From Opitutia bacterium (lineage in GTDB: Bacteria > Verrucomicrobiota > Verrucomicrobiia > Opitutales > Opitutaceae), in contig CANJVR010000002.1 in the NCBI GenBank assembly GCA_947478395.1, forward strand, positions 416,001 through 480,000: a stretch of DNA of 64,000 nucleotides. The letters run 5' to 3'. Position numbers and translations under genes: made by a program. The stretch's first letter is position 1; each line of letters starts with the position of its first letter. A model generated the notes under the pieces. That model had not been told where the DNA came from. It worked only from the letters and a program-made list of their open reading frames with translations, and made no database searches. Positions 9,689-19,853 of the stretch are shown here, one piece after another.

Positions 9689-10731
9689 ACGGCCTCCGTG
9701 TCGATTCGCTCCATATCTTCACGGCGCAAAAAAGGCGCGAGGTAGGGCCCATCGTTTCGCGCATTCTCAAACAGCGGCCACACCCCGAATCCGAGCGCGC
9801 GGTCGCCCGGCCACGCAAACGCCCACTGCAACGCGGCGCGTGCGCCCACGGCGGTTTCCAGCGCCGACGAAAACACCACGTCGGCTTTCGCGTGTTTTAA
9901 CTTTGCCATGATGCCCGCGACGTCGCCGAACAACGCGGGCTTAACGACATAGATTCCCGGCCAGCCTGCCCCGATCCAGCGTTCCGCGTCCCCCTCGCTG
10001 ACCAGCGATTCATCGAGCGCGATCGGCGTCGGAAAACTTTCCGCCAATCCCCGCAAAAGATCGTCGGCCTTTTGTCGCTGAGCCGCTCCCTGCGAAGGTG
10101 CAGCGAAGGAGGGTTGTTCCAGAAATTCCACGGGGCGTTCCGCGCAGCGCTCGAGCCAGCGCTCCGCGCGCTTCCGATCCAAAGCGCCGTTCGCATCGAG
10201 CCGCAACTTCGCGCCTTCCGGCAGCGCGGCACACACGTCATCCAACAAACTCAGTTCATCCGCCACGTCGCCGACGCCGATTTTCCATTTGAAAATTCGG
10301 AAGCCAGCTTCGGCCTTCGGTTCGATGGCGGCTAGCACTGCGCGCCCGGCCGGGAGCAGCGCCGCCACGCCGAGGTAGGATGCGTTATGCACCGTTCCAC
10401 TTGGTCGCGCCTCACTTTCCAGGTCCGTTTTGGCTTTTATTTCCGCCTGCGCTGCCGCGATGGCGTTTCGAAAACACGGCAACGCCGCCGGTAGGCGCGC
10501 CAGCCGTTCTTCGTCCAGCCACTCGCCCAAGTCACGCGCGGCCACCTCGCCCGCGTCGACCGTTTCGGTCCCAAACCACGGTATCATCGCCGCCTCGCCC
10601 AACCCGGTTCGGCCCGACTCATCCGTCAACCGCACGATCAATCCCTCCCGCTCGGCCCAGAGGCCGTGGGCCGTCCGCACCACCGCCCGAAACGGCAGGC
10701 GGTAACGGTGAAATTGAAACCGATATTTCAT
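9670..10731 (-). CDS. menC: O-succinylbenzoate synthase (enolase superfamily)
   Basis: FKWKIG, LRLDANG, LEQP, ALDES, VKP, SSALET motifs. Start placed at MKYRFQF (10731). Confidence 0.85.
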   Translation of the reverse strand: MKYRFQFHRYRLPFRAVVRTAHGLWAEREGLIVRLTDESGRTGLGEAAMIPWFGTETVDAGEVAARDLGEWLDEERLARLPAALPCFRNAIAAAQAEIKAKTDLESEARPSGTVHNASYLGVAALLPAGRAVLAAIEPKAEAGFRIFKWKIGVGDVADELSLLDDVCAALPEGAKLRLDANGALDRKRAERWLERCAERPVEFLEQPSFAAPSQGAAQRQKADDLLRGLAESFPTPIALDESLVSEGDAERWIGAGWPGIYVVKPALFGDVAGIMAKLKHAKADVVFSSALETAVGARAALQWAFAWPGDRALGFGVWPLFENARNDGPYLAPFLRREDMERIDTEAVWNALS

Positions 10732-10838
10732 GGACGAATTTACAGGGGACGCCGAGACGGTGAAGAAATCAAATCCACAAACGTAGCACGGCCCTCCCGC
10801 CCGCGAGTTAGATTTTAACTTCGCGCCTTCGAGAAAGC

Positions 10839-10978
10839 GGGCGATCGGGAAAAGTCCACACGGGTATCGCGCAAGACCTAGGCCACAGAACCTGCAGAGA
10901 AAAGCAGTACGCTGCTCTCTGGGAACTCGGGGTCCTTCCTCCGCCCGCGCAGGGACACAAAATCTCCCGAAGAGCGCC
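10839..10978 (-). ncRNA. Candidate structured ncRNA (rod-like, 6S-like)
   Basis: The minus strand folds end to end: GGCG/CGCC, UCGGGA/UCCCGA, GUCC/GGAC, GCGCGGG/CCCGUGU, internal bubble, AGGACC/GGUCUU, apical CAGAGA-GCAG/CUGC-..CUCUG. G-U pairs favour the minus strand. Confidence 0.5.
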
Positions 10979-11061
10979 ATCCAGAGGTTTGAAGCTGCGC
11001 ACTACTTCAGATCAACACCGACTTTATATTTGCCCTTGGTCCGCGCCGGCCTACTCCGTTC

Positions 11062-12648
11062 ATGGCAACCATGACACCGGTTGCTAAGCCTTCCACCGCC
11101 TCGGCGGATACTGAGTTCTATTTGCCGGCCGACGCTTTTTTTCGGGCCAATCTGCCGACGGCGCTGACGTTCGACGACGTTTCCCTCGCCACCCTGCACT
11201 CGGAAATATTGCCCAAAGACGCCGATACCGCGACGAGTCTCTCGGACTCTCTCCGGCTGCACATTCCGATCATCTCGGCGGACATGGACACCGTGACGGA
11301 ATCGCGCATGGCGATCGGCATGGCGCTCAACGGCGGCCTCGGACTCATCCATTACAACATGCCGTCGAAGGAGCAGGTGAAGGAAGTCGCCCGCGTGAAG
11401 CGCCACATCCACGGCCTCATTCAAGATCCGATCACCGTCACGCCGGACCAACTTATCGCCGATTTGCTTTCGATGATCGACGCCAAGCGTTTCGCGTTTT
11501 CCACGTTTCCCGTCGTCGACGCCAATGGCCGCCTCGCCGGGCTACTTTCGGGCAATGTCGTAAAAGACCGCTATAAATCGAAACGCGTCTCCGAAGTCAT
11601 GACGCCGCGGGCGCAGCTTATCACCGAGCTCGAGAGTGCGGCGGCGCAAGATCCGATCGTGGCAGCGGACCGATTTTTTACCGCGAATGTCGGAATCAAC
11701 AAGATGCTCGTCGTCGATCGCGATGACCGCCTGCGCGGCCTCATCACCGCCTCGGACGTCGAGCGCATCACGAGCGAGGCGAAAGCCCGCCGCAAACCCG
11801 CGCGCGATTCCCAGTTCCGTCTGGTCGTCGGAGCCGCTCTTTCGCCGGTGCGCAAGCCCGACGGCACGCTCGATCGTGACAAAATCATCGATCACGTCGG
11901 TCACCTCGTCGACGAAAGCATCGACGCCGTCGCCGTTTCCACCGCCCACGGTCACACCTCGGGCGTGGGCGAGATGGTGCGCCTCGTGCGCGATTCATTT
12001 CCCGCGCTGACCATTATCGCAGGCAACGTCACGAGTGCCGGCGGCGTGGAGTTCCTCGCCGATTGTGGCGCCAACGCCGTCAAGATCGGCCAGGGTCCGG
12101 GCTCGATTTGCACCACGCGCATCGTCGCGGGCGTCGGCATTCCGCAACTCACGGCCCTCTACGTCGCCAGTACGGCGGCCAAAAACAAAAATGTGAAGCT
12201 CCTCGCGGATGGCGGCATCACCAAATCCGGCGACATCGTGAAAGCGCTCACGCTCGCCGACGCCGTGATCTGCGGCGGACTCCTCGCCGGTTGCCGCGAA
12301 GCACCGGGCGAAATCATGGAGATCAGCGGCAAGACCTATAAACAGTACCGCGGGATGGGCAGCCTCTCCGCGATGAAAGCTGGCAGCGCGGCTCGCTACG
12401 GCCACGACAAGGACGACAAAGTCCGTAAGGTCGCGGCGGAGGGCATCGAAGCGTTGAAAGAAGTGAGCGGTTATCTGGACGATACGATCGACACGCTGAT
12501 TGGTGGCGTGCAAAGCGGCATGGGCTACCTTGGCGCGCCGACGCTGGCCGCGCTCCGAGCGAAGGCTCGCTACATTCGGGTGAGCCCAGCTGGCCAGAAA
12601 GAGGCCGCGCCGCACGACGTAGTCGAAGTGTCGACGCGCAAGAACTAG
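11062..12648 (+). CDS. guaB: IMP dehydrogenase
   Basis: LTFDDV, MDTVTE, CBS pair, [20 protein letters not shown]. Confidence 0.96.
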   Translation: MATMTPVAKPSTASADTEFYLPADAFFRANLPTALTFDDVSLATLHSEILPKDADTATSLSDSLRLHIPIISADMDTVTESRMAIGMALNGGLGLIHYNMPSKEQVKEVARVKRHIHGLIQDPITVTPDQLIADLLSMIDAKRFAFSTFPVVDANGRLAGLLSGNVVKDRYKSKRVSEVMTPRAQLITELESAAAQDPIVAADRFFTANVGINKMLVVDRDDRLRGLITASDVERITSEAKARRKPARDSQFRLVVGAALSPVRKPDGTLDRDKIIDHVGHLVDESIDAVAVSTAHGHTSGVGEMVRLVRDSFPALTIIAGNVTSAGGVEFLADCGANAVKIGQGPGSICTTRIVAGVGIPQLTALYVASTAAKNKNVKLLADGGITKSGDIVKALTLADAVICGGLLAGCREAPGEIMEISGKTYKQYRGMGSLSAMKAGSAARYGHDKDDKVRKVAAEGIEALKEVSGYLDDTIDTLIGGVQSGMGYLGAPTLAALRAKARYIRVSPAGQKEAAPHDVVEVSTRKN

Positions 12649-12652
12649 TCGA

Positions 12653-12755
12653 GAAACCTTGAACCGGTGAAATCCGGAAATTGAGAAACGGAAAAATCCT
12701 GTCTCCAGGATCCTGGTTTCACCCGTTTCAATATTTCACTCGTTTCAATGTTTTC
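12653..12755. repeat. Periodic GAAA / TTTC inverted ladder between convergent genes
   Basis: GAAA or GAAC at 12653, 12661, 12669, 12677, 12685 (8-bp period); TTTC at 12717, 12726, 12734, 12743, 12752. Confidence 0.55.
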
Positions 12756-12762
12756 GGTTTAA

Positions 12763-13509
12763 TCACCCGCGGCCCACGTACGGCATCTGCGTCGCCATCA
12801 CCGTCATCGTGAAGACATTCGCGTCGAGCGGCAGTCCGGCCATATAAAGCACCGCGTTGGCGATGTGTTTCACGTCGATGGTGGGCTCCGCCGCGATCGT
12901 GCCGTTTGCCTGCGGTACGCCTTTTTTCATGCGACCGGTCAGCGGCGTGTCGGCGTTGCCGATGTCGATTTGGCCGCACGCGATTTCATACGGCCGGCCG
13001 TCCAGCGCCAGCGACTTCGTCAGTCCGGTGATGGCGTGCTTGGCCGAGGTGTAAGGCGCGGAGTTCGGTCGCGGCACGTGCGCGGAAATGGACCCGTTGT
13101 TGATGATGCGGCCGCCGCGCGGCTGCTGTGTTTTCATCAGGCGGAATGCACCCTGAGCACATAAAAATGCGCCGGTGAGATTCGTATCGATCACGTTGCG
13201 CCACTGCTCGATTGTTAGGTCTTCGAAGGCTCCCGGCGGCGAGCTTACACCGGCGTTGTTGAACAAGACATCGAGCCGGCCAAAGACGGCGTGGACCTTG
13301 GCGAACAGCGCGCGCACCTCGACCGTATCAGTGATATTGGTTGGCACCGCGAGCACGCGGTCCGCCGGTGCACCGGACTCGCGCGCCACCGCTTCGAGCA
13401 GTTCGGCGCGGCGGCCGACGAGGACAACGGCATAGCCGGCACCAAGCAACCCGAGGGCGGTGGCACGGCCAATTCCTGATCCAGCGCCAGTAACGAGCGC
13501 GATTTTCAT
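12763..13509 (-). CDS. SDR family oxidoreductase
   Basis: [17 protein letters not shown] catalytic motif. Start placed at MKIALV. Confidence 0.9.
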   Translation of the reverse strand: MKIALVTGAGSGIGRATALGLLGAGYAVVLVGRRAELLEAVARESGAPADRVLAVPTNITDTVEVRALFAKVHAVFGRLDVLFNNAGVSSPPGAFEDLTIEQWRNVIDTNLTGAFLCAQGAFRLMKTQQPRGGRIINNGSISAHVPRPNSAPYTSAKHAITGLTKSLALDGRPYEIACGQIDIGNADTPLTGRMKKGVPQANGTIAAEPTIDVKHIANAVLYMAGLPLDANVFTMTVMATQMPYVGRG

Positions 13510-13688
13510 AGGGGTTTGCACCCCGCCAACTTTGCAACGGCGCACAAGCTCGGCGAGCCGTTTTGTTTTTAGCCGCGAAATTCCGGCGGAAGGTTTAGTT
13601 TCAGACGCGAGCGCCTTGCGAGTTTCCATTCCCGGTGCGATTACAGTTGGCCGACGCGAATAATGCGTGCCACGGTGTCGTCGCCGAT

Positions 13689-14645
13689 ATGATTTCCCCG
13701 GCCGGAATTTTTGCGGGCTTCCTCGTTCTAGCTGCCATCGGCGGCACGGTCCGGGCTCAGCCCGACACCGACGGCGAAGGATCGCTGGCGCGAATGGAAG
13801 GCGGTCGCTACGTTGATGAAAATACGGTGCGAACAGCCCGCGAAACACTGTCGCACAGCGTCACGCTCCCCGAGTGGAAAAACCCGGGCGGCTTCGAGCA
13901 GGACGTGTTCACCTTTGCGCGTATTATATTTTGGTCAGACCCTTCGCGCCCCACTGAACGCGGCGGCTTTCGGGGCGGCATGGGGGGCTTTGGTCGCCGG
14001 GGCTGGGTTGTCGACTATCCGGATGCGGATCTGAATTTTTCCCACCGCCTGCAACAGCTCACCTCCATGAAGGTCGATCCGGATGCGCGCGTGCTCAAAC
14101 TGACGAGCCCCGATCTGGCCAAGTATCCGTTCATTTATATGGAGCACATCGAGCGCCTGGCGCTGCGGCCGCCGGAGATTTCAGCGCTGCGCAACTATCT
14201 TCAAAACGGCGGCGTGCTGTTGGTAAACGATTTCTGGGGCGCGATGGCCTGGCGAAACTTACAAGCGGAAATCGGCAAAGTATTGCCCGGGCGGACGTGG
14301 ACGGAGCTGACGATGGCGCACCCTCTTTTCCACTGCGTTTTCAACCTGCGTGGTCCCTTGAACAGCCTGCGCGTGCCGTCGATGCAGCGCTGGAACATGG
14401 ACTACGATCCTAACGATCCAACTGCGAACCCCACGGCCAGTTTTCGGGGTGAAGGCTACGAAACGATGCACGTGCAGGCACTGCTCGACGAGCGGCAGCG
14501 CATCGTCGTACTCGCCATTCACAATTCTGACATCAGCGACGGATGGGAACGCGAGGGCGAGTACGCCGACTACTTCAAAATGTTTTCCGAGGCCCGCGCC
14601 TATCCGCTCGGGATCAATATTATTTTCTATCTGATGACTCACTGA
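13689..14645 (+). CDS. DUF4159-like secreted protein
   Basis: Signal-like N-terminus; [36 protein letters not shown]. Confidence 0.75.
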   Translation: MISPAGIFAGFLVLAAIGGTVRAQPDTDGEGSLARMEGGRYVDENTVRTARETLSHSVTLPEWKNPGGFEQDVFTFARIIFWSDPSRPTERGGFRGGMGGFGRRGWVVDYPDADLNFSHRLQQLTSMKVDPDARVLKLTSPDLAKYPFIYMEHIERLALRPPEISALRNYLQNGGVLLVNDFWGAMAWRNLQAEIGKVLPGRTWTELTMAHPLFHCVFNLRGPLNSLRVPSMQRWNMDYDPNDPTANPTASFRGEGYETMHVQALLDERQRIVVLAIHNSDISDGWEREGEYADYFKMFSEARAYPLGINIIFYLMTH

Positions 14646-14865
14646 GGAAAGACGCGAAATGGTTTTCGTAGGCGAGGTCGCCCGCGCGCGGGCCGGCCTG
14701 CTACAACCGGTCGGCGGTCATGGCGAAACGCGCACCGCGCAGTGAAATGGAATGAGCGCCGGCGTACTCTAGTTCAGGGAAACTGCCATGGGTCCGGCGC
14801 CATTTTACATTCGCCGTTGAAACGCTCACGCGGTCTGGCAACAACGCCTTGCTCACCCCTGCCCT

Positions 14866-15978
14866 ATGATCACCCGAAAAATATTCGCTGCCTGCACGTT
14901 CGCTTTCGCCGGTCTCGCGGCCGTCGCCGCTTCCGTTTTCGCGGCTGACGTGGTGCCGGCCCGACCGGTGCCCAACGATCCTGCGGCGCTGGTGCCCAAC
15001 CCTCATTTTCGCGGCGGCCCGGCGAGTGCTGCCGATCTCGCGGAGATGGCTAAGCTGGCGGACCTGCCGCCGTACGTGGCGAGCAAGGGCGACGGCGATT
15101 TCATCCTGAAGCCACCCTACGCGAATGCCCTCGAGCAAACCGCGCGCGCCGATGTGCCGAAGGGCCGCGTGGAGCAATTCACGATGAATCTGGCCGACAG
15201 TAAATTCTATCCCGACACCGGCCTGCGTGACACCAAGCCAACGCGTGCAGTTACGGTTTACATTCCGGCCCAATACGTCCCGGGCACAGCCGCGCCCTTG
15301 CTCGTCACCCACGATGCGATGGGATCGCGCAACAATCAGCTGCCAACAATCCTCGACAACATGATCGCGGACAAACGCGTGCCCGCCATGATCGCCGTAA
15401 TGGTTATGCATGGCGGCGGCGATGGCGTCGGCAGCGAGCGCGGATTCGAGTACGACAGCGTGTCCGCGAAGTACGCTGAGTTTATCGAGGCGGAAGTATT
15501 ACCGCGAGTGGAGCGCGACTATCACGTCAAGTTCACCAAGGATCCCGAAGGTCGCGCCACGATGGGCGGCAGTTCGGGCGGGGCGGTGGCGTTCACGATG
15601 GCGTGGTTCCGTCCAGATCTGTATCACCGCGTGTTGACGTTTTCCGGCACCTACACGAACAACCAATCGGTCAAGGACCCCAGCCTGCCCCATGGCGCGT
15701 GGGAATATCACGAGAACCTCATTCCGAAGGCAGCTCGCAAGCCCATCCGCCTTTGGATGGAAGTCGGCCAAAACGACAACGGCTCGGTCAATGCATCCGC
15801 TGATTTCCACAACTGGGTGATCGCCAACCAGCGCATGGCCGTCGCACTCAAAGCGAAGGGGTACCACTATCAGTTGGTTTATGCGCTGGGGGCCGGTCAC
15901 ACGGACGGCAAAGTAATCGCCCAAACCCTGCCACAAGCACTGGAGTGGACATGGCAGGGCTATCAGCCGGCGAAGTGA
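14866..15978 (+). CDS. Secreted esterase (enterochelin-esterase-like alpha/beta hydrolase)
   Basis: Signal peptide; GGSSGG nucleophile elbow; R.VTVYIPAQY; ERGFEYD. Confidence 0.85.
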   Translation: MITRKIFAACTFAFAGLAAVAASVFAADVVPARPVPNDPAALVPNPHFRGGPASAADLAEMAKLADLPPYVASKGDGDFILKPPYANALEQTARADVPKGRVEQFTMNLADSKFYPDTGLRDTKPTRAVTVYIPAQYVPGTAAPLLVTHDAMGSRNNQLPTILDNMIADKRVPAMIAVMVMHGGGDGVGSERGFEYDSVSAKYAEFIEAEVLPRVERDYHVKFTKDPEGRATMGGSSGGAVAFTMAWFRPDLYHRVLTFSGTYTNNQSVKDPSLPHGAWEYHENLIPKAARKPIRLWMEVGQNDNGSVNASADFHNWVIANQRMAVALKAKGYHYQLVYALGAGHTDGKVIAQTLPQALEWTWQGYQPAK

Positions 15979-16355
15979 GCAGACACGAACGACGAACCAA
16001 CCGTCCAAGATAACTCGGAGCGTTGCGCGCGAGACGAAGGACGCGCAATCGAGAGCGAGATTTAAGTAAGTGCGTAGCCCGGTGCGTTCTCGCACCTTTC
16101 GGCGCTCGGAGGCGGACTGACGCACCTTAATCTGAAGCGCATCGGACCGGCCATGATATCAGTGCGTTCGTGCCCGTTCCCGTGCGGCTCGTGCCGCCGC
16201 TGAATCTCTCGCGCGATCCCGGTTCCACTTCTTGACAAGTGCACGGCCCGCTCGTGCTGTAATTGCTGCCCCTCGCTTCCGCGAATCCCCCTAGGTTGCG
16301 CGCTTTTTCTCTCCGACGACGAGCCGTTGCCTGACCTCACATTTCTGCGTTTATC

Positions 16356-17585
16356 TTGTCCTCTTCTCTCAAAATACCGCGCCTGACCCGCCGACAGGCG
16401 ATCACGTCCTTCGCTCTCGCTGCCGGCAGCGCTATCGCTGCTTCGAGCACCAACGCTCAGTCGCCCGCGAAGCCGGTTGGTCCATCCGCCCCGTCGCCCG
16501 CGGGCACCCCTCCCGTGGCCGCTACGTCGGCTTTACCCGGGCTTTTCAGCATTCCGCAGTACGAAGAACGTTCGCGCGGCCTAATTACGATTCCGGCCTG
16601 GGAGTACTACGATCAGGGCTGTGCCGACGATCTCACGGTGCGCTGGAATCGCGAAGCGTTGGCCCGCATTCGGATTGAAAGTCGCGTGATGGTCGACGTG
16701 GAGAAAATCGACACCAGCATCACGCTGCTCGGCCGCACGCTGCCCCACCCCATCCTCCTCGCTCCGGCTGCGGCGCACATGCTCATTCACCCCGAAGGCG
16801 AAGTCGCAACGGCGCGCGGCGCGGGCGCGGCCGGCGCCACCATGGTGCTCAGCACGAATTCGAATTGCAGCGTCGAGTCCGTCGCGGCCGCCGCCACGCA
16901 ACCGCTTTGGTTTCAACTTTACGTGAGCCGCGATCGGGCGATGGCGCAGGACTTGATCGCGAGGGTCGAAAGCGCCGGCTATAAAGCGCTCTGTGTGACC
17001 GTCGATCAGCCGGTGATTTATGCGCGCGATCGATCGAGCCGCCATGCGGATCAACTCCGCTTACTCCCTCTGCCTAACGTGAAAAATCCAGCTCCGGGAG
17101 GCTTGACCCAGACGAGCGCCGGCCGGTCGCGTTCGCTCACCTGGAAGGATATCGAGTGGTTCCGCTCGCTGACGAAATTACCCGTGATTTTGAAGGGCAT
17201 TCTACATCCCGACGACGCCGACCAAGCCGTGAAATCGGGCGCAGCGGGTATCATCGTTTCCAATCACGGCGGCCGCGCACTCGACGGCGTCGCGGCGACG
17301 ATCGATGCATTGCCACGCGTCGCCGAGCGAGTTGGCGGACGCGTTCCTGTATTGATGGACGGCGGTATTCGTCGCGGCACGGATGTGGTCAGAGCGATCG
17401 CTCGCGGGGCCAACGCCGTGCTGATCGGTCGGCCTTATTTGTATGGACTGGCGGTGAACGGCAGCGATGGCGTTCGGCATATCGTGCAGATTCTCCGCAC
17501 CGAATTGGAAGCGGCGATGGCGCTGACCGGTCGTACTTCGATCGCGCAAATCGACCGGACCGTCTTGTGGCCCGACAAATCCTGA
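16356..17585 (+). CDS. FMN-dependent alpha-hydroxy acid oxidase/dehydrogenase with Tat-like signal
   Basis: WFQLY, TVD, LKGI, SNHGGR, DGGIRRG, GRP motifs; N-terminal TRRQAI plus hydrophobic stretch. TTG start. Confidence 0.88.
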   Translation: MSSSLKIPRLTRRQAITSFALAAGSAIAASSTNAQSPAKPVGPSAPSPAGTPPVAATSALPGLFSIPQYEERSRGLITIPAWEYYDQGCADDLTVRWNREALARIRIESRVMVDVEKIDTSITLLGRTLPHPILLAPAAAHMLIHPEGEVATARGAGAAGATMVLSTNSNCSVESVAAAATQPLWFQLYVSRDRAMAQDLIARVESAGYKALCVTVDQPVIYARDRSSRHADQLRLLPLPNVKNPAPGGLTQTSAGRSRSLTWKDIEWFRSLTKLPVILKGILHPDDADQAVKSGAAGIIVSNHGGRALDGVAATIDALPRVAERVGGRVPVLMDGGIRRGTDVVRAIARGANAVLIGRPYLYGLAVNGSDGVRHIVQILRTELEAAMALTGRTSIAQIDRTVLWPDKS

Positions 17586-17641
17586 GTCGGCCTGCGCAAC
17601 ACTTTTGTCCCTAATCTCCCAGCTAAACTGAATTACCTACT

Positions 17642-19294
17642 ATGCCCTGGTCTCAAAACTACTCCCCTGTTGGCGGTATCGGCCTCTCGGCCCTCATCGC
17701 CGCAATCCCAGTCGTCGTGTTGCTCGCGCTCCTCGCCTTCTGGCACGTGCGCGCGCATCTTGCGGCCATCGTCGCGTTGGTCGCGGCCGGGCTCATCGCC
17801 ATCTTTGTCTATGGCATGCCGGCGAAACTTGCCGTGGCTGCCGCGGGCTATGGCGCCGCTTTCGGGCTGCTGCCGATCGGCTGGCTGATTCTCAATGCGA
17901 TCTTCATCTATCAACTGTCGGTAGAAACCGGGCAGTTCGCGGTGCTACAAAAGCAGATTGCCGGAATCTCGCGTGACCGACGTATTCAGGCCCTGCTGCT
18001 CGCGTTTGCCTTCGGCGCGTTCATCGAAGGCGCCGCCGGTTTCGGTGCGCCCGTCGCCATCACTGGCGCGCTGATGATCGGCCTCGGCTTCAAGCCCCTC
18101 GAAGCCGCGAAGCTCGCACTGATCGGCAACACCGCGCCGGTGGCTTTCGGCTCACTCGGTATTCCACTCGTCACAATGGCCCCGCTCACCGGCCTCGATC
18201 TGCTCGATCTCAGCAAAATGGTCGGCCGGCAGCTGCCTATTTTCTCGCTCATCGTCCCGTTCTGGCTCGTCGCCGCCCAGGTCGGCTGGCGCGGGATGGT
18301 TGGGGTTTGGCCCGCGTGTCTCACCGCCGGCGCGTCATTTGCCGTGATGCAATTTGTGATGAGTAATTTTCACGGGCCGTGGCTGGTGGACATCGTCAGC
18401 GCCGCCGTCGCGATGGTCGCACTCGTTGTGCTCATGCGTTTTTGGAAGCCGAAGGAAGAACTGGTTAATCCCACGGCCGAGGCGTCACCCGCCGCCGCCT
18501 CGGACTCCGCTGCGGTCGGCACTGGGCCGGCGTGGAAAGCGTGGCTGCCTTGGATTTTTCTCACCGGTTTCGTATTCTGCTGGGGCATGCAGCCGGTGAA
18601 GGATAAACTCAACCAATGGTACGCGCCGCAAATTCCCGTGCCCGTGCTCAACCTAGCGGTGCAGAAAATGCCGCCGGTCGCGCCCGTGCCGACGCTCGAA
18701 AAAACCATCTTCAACCTGAATCTGCTCTCGGCCACCGGCACCGCCCTGCTTCTCGCCGGCATCGCCTCGTCCATCGCACTCGGAGTGGGTTTCGGTCGGG
18801 CCCTCAAAATTTACGGGCAGACCTTGATGCGCGTGCGCATCTCGCTGCTGACCATCTCCGCCATGATGGCGCTCGGGTTTGTCACGCGATATGGCGGCAC
18901 CGACACGACCATGGGCCTCGCGATGGCCCACACCGGCTGGCTCTTCCCGTTCTTCTCCCCGATAATCGGCTGGCTCGGCGTCGCGCTGACCGGCAGCGAC
19001 ACATCGTCCAACGTGCTCTTCGGCAATCTGCAAAAAGTATCGGCCGAGGCACTCCACTTCCCGCCCGTGCTGATGTGCGCCGCCAATAGTTCCGGTGGCG
19101 TCATGGGCAAGATGATCGACGCCCAGAGTATTGTGGTCGCGAGCGTCGCGACTGGTGGCCGGCCAGATAGCCCGGACGCCGGCACGGTGTTGCGCGCTGT
19201 ATTCTGGCACAGTATCGCCCTAGCCGGACTCGTCGGAATCCTCGTCATGCTCCAGGCCTACTTGTGGCCCGGGATCGTGCCAGGGCCGCACTAA
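17642..19294 (+). CDS. L-lactate/glycolate permease (LctP family)
   Basis: EGAAGFGAP, NTAPVAFG, GSDTSSN, GGVMGKMI..QSI; highly hydrophobic. Confidence 0.92.
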   Translation: MPWSQNYSPVGGIGLSALIAAIPVVVLLALLAFWHVRAHLAAIVALVAAGLIAIFVYGMPAKLAVAAAGYGAAFGLLPIGWLILNAIFIYQLSVETGQFAVLQKQIAGISRDRRIQALLLAFAFGAFIEGAAGFGAPVAITGALMIGLGFKPLEAAKLALIGNTAPVAFGSLGIPLVTMAPLTGLDLLDLSKMVGRQLPIFSLIVPFWLVAAQVGWRGMVGVWPACLTAGASFAVMQFVMSNFHGPWLVDIVSAAVAMVALVVLMRFWKPKEELVNPTAEASPAAASDSAAVGTGPAWKAWLPWIFLTGFVFCWGMQPVKDKLNQWYAPQIPVPVLNLAVQKMPPVAPVPTLEKTIFNLNLLSATGTALLLAGIASSIALGVGFGRALKIYGQTLMRVRISLLTISAMMALGFVTRYGGTDTTMGLAMAHTGWLFPFFSPIIGWLGVALTGSDTSSNVLFGNLQKVSAEALHFPPVLMCAANSSGGVMGKMIDAQSIVVASVATGGRPDSPDAGTVLRAVFWHSIALAGLVGILVMLQAYLWPGIVPGPH

Positions 19295-19381
19295 GCGGTC
19301 GTGCGCCGAGCCGCGTAACCAATCCGTCTTGGGCCTGCGCTCTTGCGCGCTGCCCCGAGGCGGTGGAGTGGTCGGCTAGCG

Positions 19382-19852
19382 TCAAGGCTTTGGGGGCACC
19401 ACACTGTTGCCCGCCGGGCGCATCGATTCCCATGCGATCATGCGCCAGGTACCGTTCTCGTTTCGCCACACCGACATGAAATTCAGTTTGGTGTCAGTCC
19501 AAGTTGGCCCAACCTTCTTACGCATCTCCTGCGCACCCGTAAGCACGATCACATCCGGGGTCACAACTTTTGCCTGCACACCGGAGGTCTTCACACCTTC
19601 ATAGGCGGTGTCCCCTGCGGTCATGTTTTTGATGTAATCTGTCTTTCCCTCGTGGCGGCCGTCGGAGTGAACAAATAGCATCTCCTCCGAGAGCAAACGC
19701 CCCAGTGTGACGACGTCTCCAGCCACCATCGCCGTGAGTCGGGTCTGGTCCATTTTTAGCACGATAGCCGACGCATTCATGTCGGCACCTCGCACCGTGA
19801 TTACGAGAAAGCCGAGCGACGCCAAGAAGCCGAGCAGCCGGATGGCTTTCAT
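19382..19852 (-). CDS. NTF2-like (DUF4440) protein with signal peptide
   Basis: AMVAGD...L, FVHSDG, VW...NG.WR pattern; directly downstream of glcF. Confidence 0.7.
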   Translation of the reverse strand: MKAIRLLGFLASLGFLVITVRGADMNASAIVLKMDQTRLTAMVAGDVVTLGRLLSEEMLFVHSDGRHEGKTDYIKNMTAGDTAYEGVKTSGVQAKVVTPDVIVLTGAQEMRKKVGPTWTDTKLNFMSVWRNENGTWRMIAWESMRPAGNSVVPPKP

Positions 19853-19853
19853 T

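Noticed and set aside
10845..10865. GGGAAAAGTCC resembling the RNase P RNA GGAAAGUCC motif; also considered SRP RNA
   Set aside because: The region is too short, lacks the other RNase P conserved regions and the SRP GGAA/AGCAG loop, and pairs better on the opposite strand.
16232..16265. Perfect TTGACA upstream of the hydroxy-acid oxidase
   Set aside because: There is no convincing -10 element at 16-18 bp spacing, so it is not called as a promoter.
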